Source of the DNA: Azolla caroliniana
Taxonomy: Eukaryota; Plantae; Polypodiophyta
Direction of reading: 5' to 3'
Assembly: GCA_043228905.1 (NCBI GenBank)
Contig: JBHGNT010000022.1
Coordinates: forward strand, 3,286,001-3,350,000
Length of the DNA stretch: 64,000 bases
Part shown: positions 38,101 through 48,700 of the stretch, one piece after another
How positions within the stretch are numbered: position 1 is the first letter of the stretch
How the letters are laid out: the number at the start of each line of letters is the position of its first letter
Notes under the pieces: generated by a model
The model's input: only the letters and a program-made list of their open reading frames with translations
Databases searched by the model: none
Told to the model about the DNA's origin: nothing
Position numbers and translations under genes: made by a program

Positions 38101-41100
38101 TTGGTTTTTCTTCTTCATCTTCATCAGAGTCACTTTCTTCTTCATCTTCAGACTCTTCATCAGAGTCACTTTCCTCTTTCTTCTTTGGAGCAACCGGTTT
38201 CGCAGCCTTAGTCAGCTTTGGTTCATCTTCTTCATCACTGTCTTCTTCATCGCTGCTATCTTCTTCCTCGCTGCTTTCTATCTTCTTTGCAGGGGGCTTT
38301 ACTGTAGGCTGCATTACATAAATGTATTGCTTACACAATATATTTGATATACAATTTCAACAATATTTTCCAATGATATCTATTTAAAGATGTCATAACA
38401 AATAGACAAATTATCACCTTGTCGTCTTCGTCATCATCATCACTGTCATCTGATGATTCATCAGAGCTAGTTTCTTCTTTCTTTGCAGACTTTGCAGGAA
38501 CGGGTTTGGCTTGCTGCAACTCCAATTAGTTGGATGGAGAACAACGCAAAATAATGTCAATTAGAAAATCGTATAAGAATGATGACAAACATCAAAAAAG
38601 AAATTTATACAACAAAATTCACAGAAATATTACAAAAACATGAGTTGAACACGTTCACAATAACTTTGCACCAATGTCCAAACAATGAAACAAAAGATAA
38701 TTCTGAATACACTAGTTACAATAGAGAATGGCTCCAAAAAAACAGGAATATAACATACAATTTGAACATTTCAATAATAGATATATCAGTTCATATTACC
38801 TCCACATCACTATCTTCAGATGAATCATCATCAGAAGAGTCCTCCTTTGAAGGTTTTCCTTTAGCAGGAGCAGCCTTGGTTGCTGCCACTTTCGTCTTTG
38901 CAGGCTGAAGCATTATTGTTTACATCAATACAATTTAAAGGATCAAAAGAAACCGAACACAAAAAAAAACCTTGATTGATCATTTTTCTTTACCTCTTCA
39001 TCACTATCTGAATCGTCTGACTCATCTGAACTTTCAGGCTTTGCAGCAACTTTAGTGGGTGGAATCTTAGATTTGGAAACTGGTTTAGCAACAACCTTGG
39101 CAGGCTAAAAGTAACAGTAACAAAGCTCAATACAATGAAAATCAAACAAAAAATGGCATAAATGAATTTGGCAGTAGTATATAATTGTAAAAACAACTAT
39201 CTATCAAAGACTTGAGAAATCTTACTTCTTCATCGCTATCAGAATCGTCCTCATCTGAAGAGCTTTCCTTTTTCTCAACTTTCTTACCATTCTTTGTTGG
39301 CACGATTTTAGGTTTCACAGTCACAGCTCCATTTTTAGTTCCGTTCTTCACAGGAGTCTGAATATATAACACATAATCTCATTCTCCTCATTATATACAA
39401 TATATTTCAAAAGCTATTCCAATAATATTAAAATTTCTCAACATATATTATTCTGAGACAGAATGTCCCTACCTAAATAAAGACTTTATTATAACATTAC
39501 AGATGATGATTCAAGCATTTAATCAACATGACGATATTTGAAGATATACATACCTCTTCTTCCGATGAGTCATCAGAACTCGACTCTTCAACTTTAGCCG
39601 ACTGTAATTCGGAATAATAAGAAGTGTAAGCATAGAAAGAACCAACGTAAATAAACACCTTATCAGAAGTATGACTACAGCCCAAAAGCAAACGCAAATA
39701 ACATCTTACCTTCTTCTTGGTAGGTTCCTCAGCTTTTGATTTTGATTTTGATTTTTCAACCACATTCTTCACAGGCTAAATCAAATAATCCAATATGTAC
39801 ATACAATATAAACATCAGGATAAACAAAAACCAATCAGTAAGATTCTTGTATCTCTAACAAAAAATGCAAAAAACATAAGCAATGAAGAAAATCAAAGAG
39901 ATTAAGTAAGTTGTTAATTATGCAACATGAAGATTTACAATTTTTCAGGTAGACTGTTAATTTGTCATTTTGGATTTACTTCAGGGCTTACCTTGGCTAC
40001 TTTCTGCTTCTTTGATGACTTCTCCAACTCGGGCTCCTCCAGGCTTCTTTTCCCACCTTTTCAATATACAAATCACAGCCCAAAACTAAGACTCGGGCAA
40101 GAAATGAAACAAAACATTAACTCACAAATGATCTTTTCCATCACACATTCTTCGCATTTAACACATTCAATGTGTGACAAACAAGTAAGAGAGTGAGCAA
40201 TTTCGCATTGTCAAATTAACAAAATTCAGTAAAAAAAAACTTAATGTGCGTTTCTCCTTCATGATTTTCTCTTGAGAGGAAAGGGCCCCTCGAGGATTCC
40301 TCTCTCTTCCTTTCCTTCGTGCTGTTCCGTGCGTAAAGCCTCACAACAACATCATAATATCACATCAAATAGATTCCTGCCTCTCTACTACATGCGTGGA
40401 ATAACAAGGTTTACTGTTACAGTTTCCTATGGATAAGGAAAGGAAACCCCCATGATTGATTACACAAGCAGAGAAAACAAAAGTGTCCACTCTCATTCAG
40501 GATTTCTTATGTAGGAAAGTGGAATTTCTTGGCTCTCCATGGTTTTATCACATGTAACAAACGAGTGAAGGTTATATTATACTCTCAAAGTGAACAAGAT
40601 TGTGCGCTATTATTAACGAGCTAAAGACCCTAATTTCCCTTTTCACAAAACAAACAAATACAGTCGCCAATTTCCTTCAGCATTTCTTATGTAGGAAAGT
40701 GGAATTTCTTGGCTCTCCATGGTATTATCACATGTAACAAATGAGTGAAGGTATATTCTCTCAAAGTGAACAAGAATTGTGCGCTATTATAGTAAAGAGC
40801 TAAACATCCTAATTCTTCAGGATTTCTTAAGTATGAAAGTGGAATTTCTTGGCTCTCCATGGTACTATAACATGTAACAAATGAGGTCAAAGTGAACAAG
40901 AATTGTGCGCTGGTAGTGAAGAGCTACAGATCCTAATTTCTGAGTTTCTAAGAAATTGTGTGAGCTTCTAATTTCCCTTTCCTCAAAAAACAAACAAATA
41001 CAGCGCAGCGTCTCTTCCTTAAACACTTACTGCGTGTGTTAAAATAAATTTTAACAAAAGAAAAAACAACAGTTTGAGCAAAAGAAAGAGAGACTAATGC

Positions 41101-41274
41101 TTACCTTTCTTGGCCGGAATAGCGTCGACAGGTGCAGCAACCTGAGATAAGCAGAAAAGAAAACATTTGTGTGTGAGAAAACAAGAGCCAAGATGAGCCA
41201 GAAGAAAGAAAGAAAAGAACACAATTTCTTCTTCTTTTTTTTACCTCCACAGCTTGCTTCTTAGACTTGCCCAT
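35163..41274 (-). CDS. NUCL1: nucleolin (acidic/basic N-terminal repeats, two RRMs, GAR domain), many exons
   Basis: start MGKSKK at 41274; SSSDEDDSD acidic blocks; RRM1 KTVFVKNLAWSVDE...FRGFGHVEF; RRM2 AYVRGFDK...RIPTDRETGNIKGFAYIDF; RGG repeats; terminal exon 35191-35163 GKKTTFGDE*. Confidence 0.92.
35381..35901. repeat. ~178-bp tandem triplication in the last nucleolin intron, including the 5' splice site
   Basis: unit ending ...TTTTACCTGAACC at ~35558, 35736 and 35901. Confidence 0.92.
40495..40945. repeat. intronic tandem repeat (3 copies, 140-180 bp) in nucleolin intron 2
   Basis: GAAAGTGGAATTTCTTGGCTCTCCATGG recurs at ~40515, 40695 and 40835. Confidence 0.9.
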
Positions 41275-41538
41275 CGCTAAAAAAAAAAAATAAGAAGAAA
41301 GCACAGAGATTTATGTTTAAGTAAGTAAAGCTGCTGCGAGCAAAGAGCAAAGAGGGGAAGAAAATCCTACCCCACCAAAAAAAATAACAAAAAAAACAGA
41401 TGGGGAAAGCGTCTCTCAAAAATTCTTCTTGTCTCAATTAATCTCTTTAGATAGGGTCTGAGCGCACATGTGTGAGAGAAGCCATAGCTGGAAGCTTACC
41501 TGCTTTAAGCTGGGAGAAGGAGGAGGAAACGACGGCGA

Positions 41539-41569
<31 letters not shown>

Positions 41570-41597
41570 AAGAAGAACAGTGAGAGAAGAGAGGGAT

Positions 41598-41842
41598 TTA
41601 GGGTTTCTGCAGCTTTGTGGGCGATTTATATATATAGATATATGTGTATGTGTATGTGTGTGTTCTCTCTCTTTCTCTCTCTCTCTCTCTCTGAGAAAAG
41701 AAGATGGCTAGGGTTTCTCTTATAACACTCAGATATTTTTTCCCTTCTAAGGATTATGTATGAGGTTTTAGACTAGGGTTTTTTATTATGTATAAGAGTG
41801 TCTGTATTTACTATTGATATGAAACCCTAATATGTAGGGTTT
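41598..41842 (-). promoter_or_regulatory. nucleolin promoter: TATA box and cluster of telo-boxes
   Basis: minus-strand TATATATATAAA ~41625-41637; TAGGGTTT/AAACCCTA at 41598, 41709, 41775, 41822 and 41835; a 5'UTR donor site lies near 41500. Confidence 0.6.
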
Positions 41843-41854
41843 CTCTTACAGATT

Positions 41855-41912
<58 letters not shown>

Positions 41913-42545
41913 GGTGCCCCAAGTGTTGCCATTCCGCGAACAAATTGTCCGATATTTCTCAGCGACCATCACGCAAGCACACACATCTGTCCCTTCGCAA
42001 ACTCCTACGCCAGCTGTTTCTGTGTAAAGCCATATGTATGTCTATGTCTATGTCTATGTCTATGTCTATGTCTATGTCTATGTCTATGTCTATGTGTACG
42101 TGTCCATATGTCTATGTCTATGTCTATGTCTATGTCTGTGTACATGTACGTGTACGTGTCCATACGTATATGTGCATGTGTACGCGTCCATACGTATATG
42201 GGTATGTGTATGTGTGTGTATGCATATGTGTCATGTACGTGTATGTGTATGTGTACGTGTACGTGTATGTGTAGGTGTAGGTGTATGCGTATGCATATGT
42301 GTAGGTGTAGGTGTGTGTGTACTTGTACTTGTACTTGTACTTGTACGTGTATGTGTATATGTACGTGTACGTGTGTGTGTGTCTATGTGTATGTGTGTAT
42401 GTGTATGTGTATGTGTATATGCAAGTGTATGCGCGAGCATAGGTGTAGGTGTAGGTGTACTTGTACTTGTACTTTGTACCTGTATGTGCAAGTGTATCCA
42501 CGGGTGTAGATGTAGGTGTAGGTTGTATGGTGTATGTGTAGGAAA
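41855..42545. repeat. (TAG)n followed by a long compound hexamer microsatellite (TATGTC/TGTACG/TGTAGG/TGTACT)
   Basis: seen directly; explains the overlapping low-complexity ORFs. Confidence 0.9.
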
Positions 42546-44639
42546 TATTGTTCCCCATTTTGTAGGCTTGATCATCGCATATCCTCAATAATTTGATCGA
42601 CTCGTTTAGTTTGACCATTAGATAGTAGATGATTGGAGGCAACTCATCCGCGAATTCGTACACCAACTTGCGATCTCAACCTTATTCATCTAACGTTGCA
42701 AACATTTGATTACACATAAACTTGTATGTCATGGCATAATTTAGGCCAAAGCTTTCTTTTTTCTAGAGATTTGAACGAGTGTTTGATGTATTCCACAATG
42801 TCTAATTGTGGGTGTATGTATCATGACACTAAAAGAAAAACATGAGGGAGTTGGTGGACGCAAACCTTTCCTTTATGTTATACGATGAACCATTAGAAAC
42901 GTAAAAGGTTGACTTCCAGATTTAGCTATCAACAAATATCTTTTGAAGAAACTGTTTGCAAGGTGGTTCCTCTAAGTTGATCAAAATTTTCAAATTTCAA
43001 TTAAGTGAAACTAAGCATTTTTACCTCATACATGCCACTAAGAACATAATAATTGCGTCCATTAATTAAACCTTTGTGATAACTAATGGAAAAATCAACG
43101 TCTTGGATGTGATTTGCCCATCTACCTTTTACGAGCAACGAGATCATGTTGATCACAATTTTCTTTTCAAGATTGGTGGTCTATTGTGACCATAAAACGA
43201 ATACCATATAAATAATGTCTCCATGTTTTAAGTGCATGAATGACCGCAAATAATGTTATTTTTCATGAATTGAATACCAACATAAAATAGAATCGAGTTT
43301 CTTACTCTCGAAAACAATAGGTCTTCCATCACACGCTAAAGAACAACAACAATTGCATAATTACTAGCATTGATTTCAACCTCGAAAGCTAATGCATACA
43401 TGTATCATGAGGATGATGGAACATTCTTGCAAATCTCATTACAAGGAATTAGTCCTCGCAATTATAAATGGTCAATGTCTCATATGAGGACTGTTATAGG
43501 GCCCACAATTAGTGTTGGGTTCAACAAGTGTGCGAGGCATTACTTTATAGGAATTGTTTGTTAGGAACGACGGTCTAGATTTCACCGTTCTAATAGTTGA
43601 GATGAATGGACGTGTTGCATATTCATGTGTGTTCCAATTGGTTAACACGCAAATGTTTTACATGCCCATGTGTGTGTCTCTTATTATAAAATCAGCGATA
43701 AACCAATATTAGATTAGGGAATCTCAAGTTCATCACATGAACATCAAGCTTTTGTATATTTGAATTTGTGCAAATGAGCAATTCATGAGCTACAACATTG
43801 ATGAATTGTATTTCTCTACATATTACTAAGTGTGATCACTTATTTCTATTCAAAATTCCAACATTTGTGCCAACTGATCATCGATTAGTTTGTACGAAGT
43901 AGCCTTATCAAGCATATATGCATTGGGGATCCATTGATTTGATTGATTTCTTACAATATAGCATTTGTTCCTCATAAATGTTTGGGAAAATAATAGTTTG
44001 AACTTCAATAATATTGAGGAACTAACCTTTATGGTTTGAAGTTTTTTTTTCTTCTGTCAATGTGAAAACATTTTGGTTTTCTATTGGAGTTAGAGGCAAT
44101 AGTCTTTTTGTATACCCCCTTTTTGTATAATATTCACAAGAAAGGAGAATGTGCTTAATGTTTTGACCCACATCATTAATGGATTTCAAAGTGTTTCCCA
44201 TTGAATTATATACACTTTATTGAAGTGCAGACATCTTTATTGTGATCCTTCTTTGAAGTACAAACTCAACAATATCTTCAAAGGTTTCTCTTTTTTCTTT
44301 TTCTTTTTCCAAAAAATATCTTTAAAGTTTTCAATATTCTTATCATGCAATATCCAATAATGGTATGAATTTGGAATGCCAGTACGAAAATAAGCTAAAA
44401 TTCATTTTTTCCCCTCAGGTCTCAATTTTTTATTTCCGTTTGTATGTAATGAACATAATCCTCAAGAGAGTGAAATGCCATAGGTAGATAGCGTCATTAG
44501 CTTTTGTGTTGCTTCAATTTGAGAGGGTGGTTGTAGAAATTGTTGTTTCAACTTTCAAGATGTCAATGAAGTTATTCAACGTATTGGGCAAATTATTTGT
44601 AGTATGATGATCCCACATTTTTATCCAAAATTTGAGTCA

Positions 44640-45085
44640 CAAGCTAACAACAACTCCTACATTCAACAACTCGGCTACAACCGGTCAGACTCCGACCCAT
44701 GTTTATATATTTGGCAATTGGCTGACGAGTTCCGGATCTATCTGATCCTATACGTCGACGACATACTGATTGCAGGGAGCAATCAAGTCGAAATCGGAAA
44801 GTTAAAACGGAGCCATCACGACAAATTCGCAATGAAGGAACTCGGACAAGCCCAACACATATTGGGCATGAGGATCGAGCGAAATCGGACGGTAAAGACT
44901 CTCCCAACTCTCCCAGTCCGACTATATTTGAAAGGTGACGAAGCGCTTCAACATGGAGAATGTGAAGCCAACATCAACACCTCTTCCGACGTCGATCTGA
45001 CTATTGGATAAAGACTCTCCTTCGACGGATTAGGAGAAAGAGCTCAATGGAAAGATGCCCTACACATCGGCCATAGGAAGTATCA
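44640..45085 (+). mobile_element. Copia RT fragment
   Basis: SDSDPCLY...LILYVDDILIAG...FAMKELG..ILGMRI. Confidence 0.85.
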
Positions 45086-45728
45086 CCTTGTGTTACCCTA
45101 TGTAATTAGTTAACACAGGGTGTCCCTTTGGAACACTTCACAAAAGGGGTGGTACGGTAAGGAATGTGCAGACCGTAATACAGAATCGATCCTTCCCGGT
45201 TACTATCCGGAACGATTAAGTTGATACACGCGTATGATAATCACATTAAGCACAGAACGACATTAACAAGATAAACAATACGTAAAGACACAACACTTCT
45301 CTATTAATTATCCGTTGTTAATTACATCGTCTCAGGATCCTTTTATAGGTATCCGACTGTGTTACAAACCGGTGCCAACCGGCAACCGGCTACGAACCGG
45401 TCCAGATCCGAATCGGCATATCGATTCCGGGTCCGTTCGATCTTATAATTATCATAATTTATCTAATTACAACTCCCAAAACCAGCTCCCCGTTCATACT
45501 CTGGCCTAACCAGCCAACACATGGCACGCCCATGGGATAATACATTGTAAGTCGAAACCACGGTTAGCCCCTTCATTCATCCTCCAAAATGTCCATAATG
45601 CTCTGGTCCAGGGGTTCCAACGGTTCATTGGGTAGTTGCTCCATCGACTGCTGTTGTTGCTCCCCCAGTTGTAGTAGTAGTTGTTGTTGGTCTCCGGCCT
45701 ACTCTTCCTCTCAGGCTCTACTGGTCTC

Positions 45729-48700
45729 TGTTGGAAGTAATGTCGTCTGTGCGGAAGATCTTGAAGCACTCGATTCCTGTTTATTCTCCTGCGTATGACA
45801 GAATGTAGGTCGTTGCAGAGAGAGAGAGAGAGAGACACACACACAAAAGAGTTTCTTATTTCATAAAGCAACCATACAACAACCAACCCCACAAAGAGGT
45901 TACAAGGTCACTATATATAGTGACTGACTTAGGGCAACTACCCTTTATGCTAATTACACAAATGGCCAAAACGGGATAGTGTGAATACGTCCATTATACA
46001 CATGTATTCGACACTCCCCCGTAATGGGCGTATACATGGGTTATCTAAGATTACAGGTATAGACTTAGGTTCTCGGACATATCAGCTTTGTTCGAGTCGG
46101 CAGGGTCCGAAGGCAGAAGACCGAACTGGTCGGGTCGGAACAGTTGAAGCCGATCATTAAGGAACTGATGTCGGTTGTCGGGAACCATCCTGCTCTGTGT
46201 CCGGCTCTAACCGGACTGGTTTGCCGTTACGCCCATCTGATGCCGAAGAGACCGAAAACGGTCTGCCGAAAGACACTTGGTCATTCCATCTGCGACATTG
46301 TCGGTTGTGGATATTTTCTCTAGACCGATTTTCCCTGAAATGACGCAGTCCCGAACAAAGTGATATCGAACGTCGATATGTTTGGAGGCGTTGTGGTGAA
46401 CCGGATTTTTTGACAAGGCAACAGCACCTTGACTGTCGCTGTAGACAACTGGAGCCGAGTCATGGTCGACTTGTCGAAACGTGTGCGCCAGCCGACCGAG
46501 CCACAAAGCTTCTTTTGCTGCGTCGGACGCAGCTACATATTCTGCTTCGGTCGTTGAGGTCGCTGTGCACTCCTGAAGTTTCGACTTCCACGAGATTGCT
46601 CCATTGCCGAATTTGAAGCAGTATCCGGTTGTTGATTTCCGACTGTCTATACAGCCGGCGAAGTCCGAGTCGGTGTAACCGACTACGCCTGAGGTTCGGT
46701 TCGGTCCGAAAAGAATGCCATGGTCTTTTGTGCCAGCCAGATATCTGAACACATGCTTGACTGCGTTCCAATGCGATCGGCCAGGATTGTGCATAAATCT
46801 GCTAACGACTCCTACGGCATGAGAGATATCAGGCCGTGTCGCGACCATCAGGTACATAAGGGAGCCGACTGCCGGTGCATACGGTACCGACTTCATATCT
46901 TCCCCCTCCGGACCGGATGTCGGGCAGTCTCGCTGAGAGAGCCGAAGATTCATAGGGAGCGGGGTTGAAGCAGATTTGGCTGATTGCATGTTGAAGCGTT
47001 CCAAGACACGTCCGATATAGTCGGTCTGAGACAAAAAAAGGTGTCGTTTGTCGCGATGCCGACTGATCTTCATGCCGAGTATGTGTCGTGCCGGACCGAG
47101 ATCCTTCATGGCAAACTTCAATCGCAGTTGCCGAATGAGATCGGCAAGTTCGCCCGCGTGGCGTCCAGAAATTAGCATGTCGTCCACGTAAATGATGAGG
47201 AAGATGGGTGATCCATCTTGAGCTGTGTTGGTGAAGAGACAATGGTCCTCATCGCTTTTTGAGAAGCCGATCGATGTGATGAAGTCGTCGAACTTCTTGT
47301 ACCATTGTCGCGGTGCCTGTTTGAGGCCGTATAGACTCTTCCTGAGTCGGCAGACTAGATGTTCTTGGCCAGTCGCCACGAAGCCTTTTGGCTGCTCCAT
47401 ATAAATTTCTTCGTCTAGATCACCATGGAGGAATGCTGTTTTGACATCTAGCTGAATCAGCTCCAAGTTGTCGGCTGCCACTACGCCGAGTAGGAAACGA
47501 AGGGTTGTCATTTTCACCACTGGTGAAAAAATCTCGTCGAAGTCGACGCCGTATTCTTGTCGGAAGCCCTTCGCAACTAGTCTGGCCTTGTACTTTGGGG
47601 TGGTCGAATCAGACGTCTCTTTTAGTCGATAAACCCACTTGCAAGGAAGAGCACGTCGGTTCCTAGGTAATTCGACCAGATCCCAAGTCTTGTTTGCCCG
47701 AATGGAGTGCATTTCCGACTCCATCGCCAGATGCCAGGTGGCTGAATCGACGGATGTCGATGCTTCTTCGTAAGACGTCGGTTCGCCGGCGTCGGTGAAG
47801 AAAATTCCAGGAGAATACCTCTCCGGAGGTTGCGACAGTCTCTCGGATCGTCGAGGCATGATTGGACTGGTCGCATCGGGTATCGTGGTCGGATGGTCCG
47901 AAAGCGGATTGTTCTGCTGTGCCGAGTCGGAGTTGTCCGAGTCGGTAGTGTAAGGTTCAGCTACCCGTGAAGCTGACCGTGTGTTGAGAGCGGGGCCTTC
48001 TTGAAGGGTCGGCACATCGGAAAAGGTTACCCTTCGGACTTCGATCGGTTTTTCGACTGATGGATTCATGGCCGACTCGTTGAACACAACGTCCGAACTT
48101 CGAACGATTTGTCTGCGTTCGGGGTCCCAGAGTCGGTATCCCATTTCGCCGTTGGATCCATATCCAAGGAAAATGCATTTCCTGGACCGAGGTGCAAGTT
48201 TTCGGCGATCATCTTTCGGAATAAGGGTGTACGCCTCGCATCCGAAGATCCTCAGCTTGTCGTAATTCGGCTTACTGCCGATCCATAGTTCCTGAGGAAT
48301 TTGAAGTCCTAGAGGTCTACTTGGCGACATATTGATTATGTGTACTGCCGTGAGTAGAGCCTCTGCCCAGAAGCCATCCGACAGTCCGGAGTGTTGGAGC
48401 ATGGAAACTGTCCGTTCTTGGATTGTCCGATTCATGCGTTCGGCAATCCCGTTTTGCTCCGGACTGTGTGGTGCCGTAAATTCTCGTCGGATGCCGCGTT
48501 GTCGGCAGAATTTGACGAATTCTTCAGATTTAAACTCTCCCCCATTGTCTGTCCGAAGGCATTTCAGCTTTCGGTCGGTTTGATTTTCTACCATAGCGAG
48601 CCAGTCGGTGAAGATCGAGAAGACCCGATCTTTGGTGCGAATTGGATAAGCCCACACCTTTCGAGTCGAATCGTCAATAAAAGTGACGAAGTAAGAGGCA

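Noticed and set aside
40245-40460. Telomerase RNA, U17/snR30 or RNase MRP identity for the structured intron element
   Set aside because: No CTAAACCCT template, no exact AUAUUCCUA/AAACCAU pair and no MRP conserved regions
40495-40945. Intronic repeats as an H/ACA snoRNA cluster
   Set aside because: ANANNA and ACA can be found, but the required two-hairpin stems do not pair by eye
41945-42666. Several overlapping ORFs (VYVY, MSMS, HTHT)
   Set aside because: Translations of microsatellite DNA
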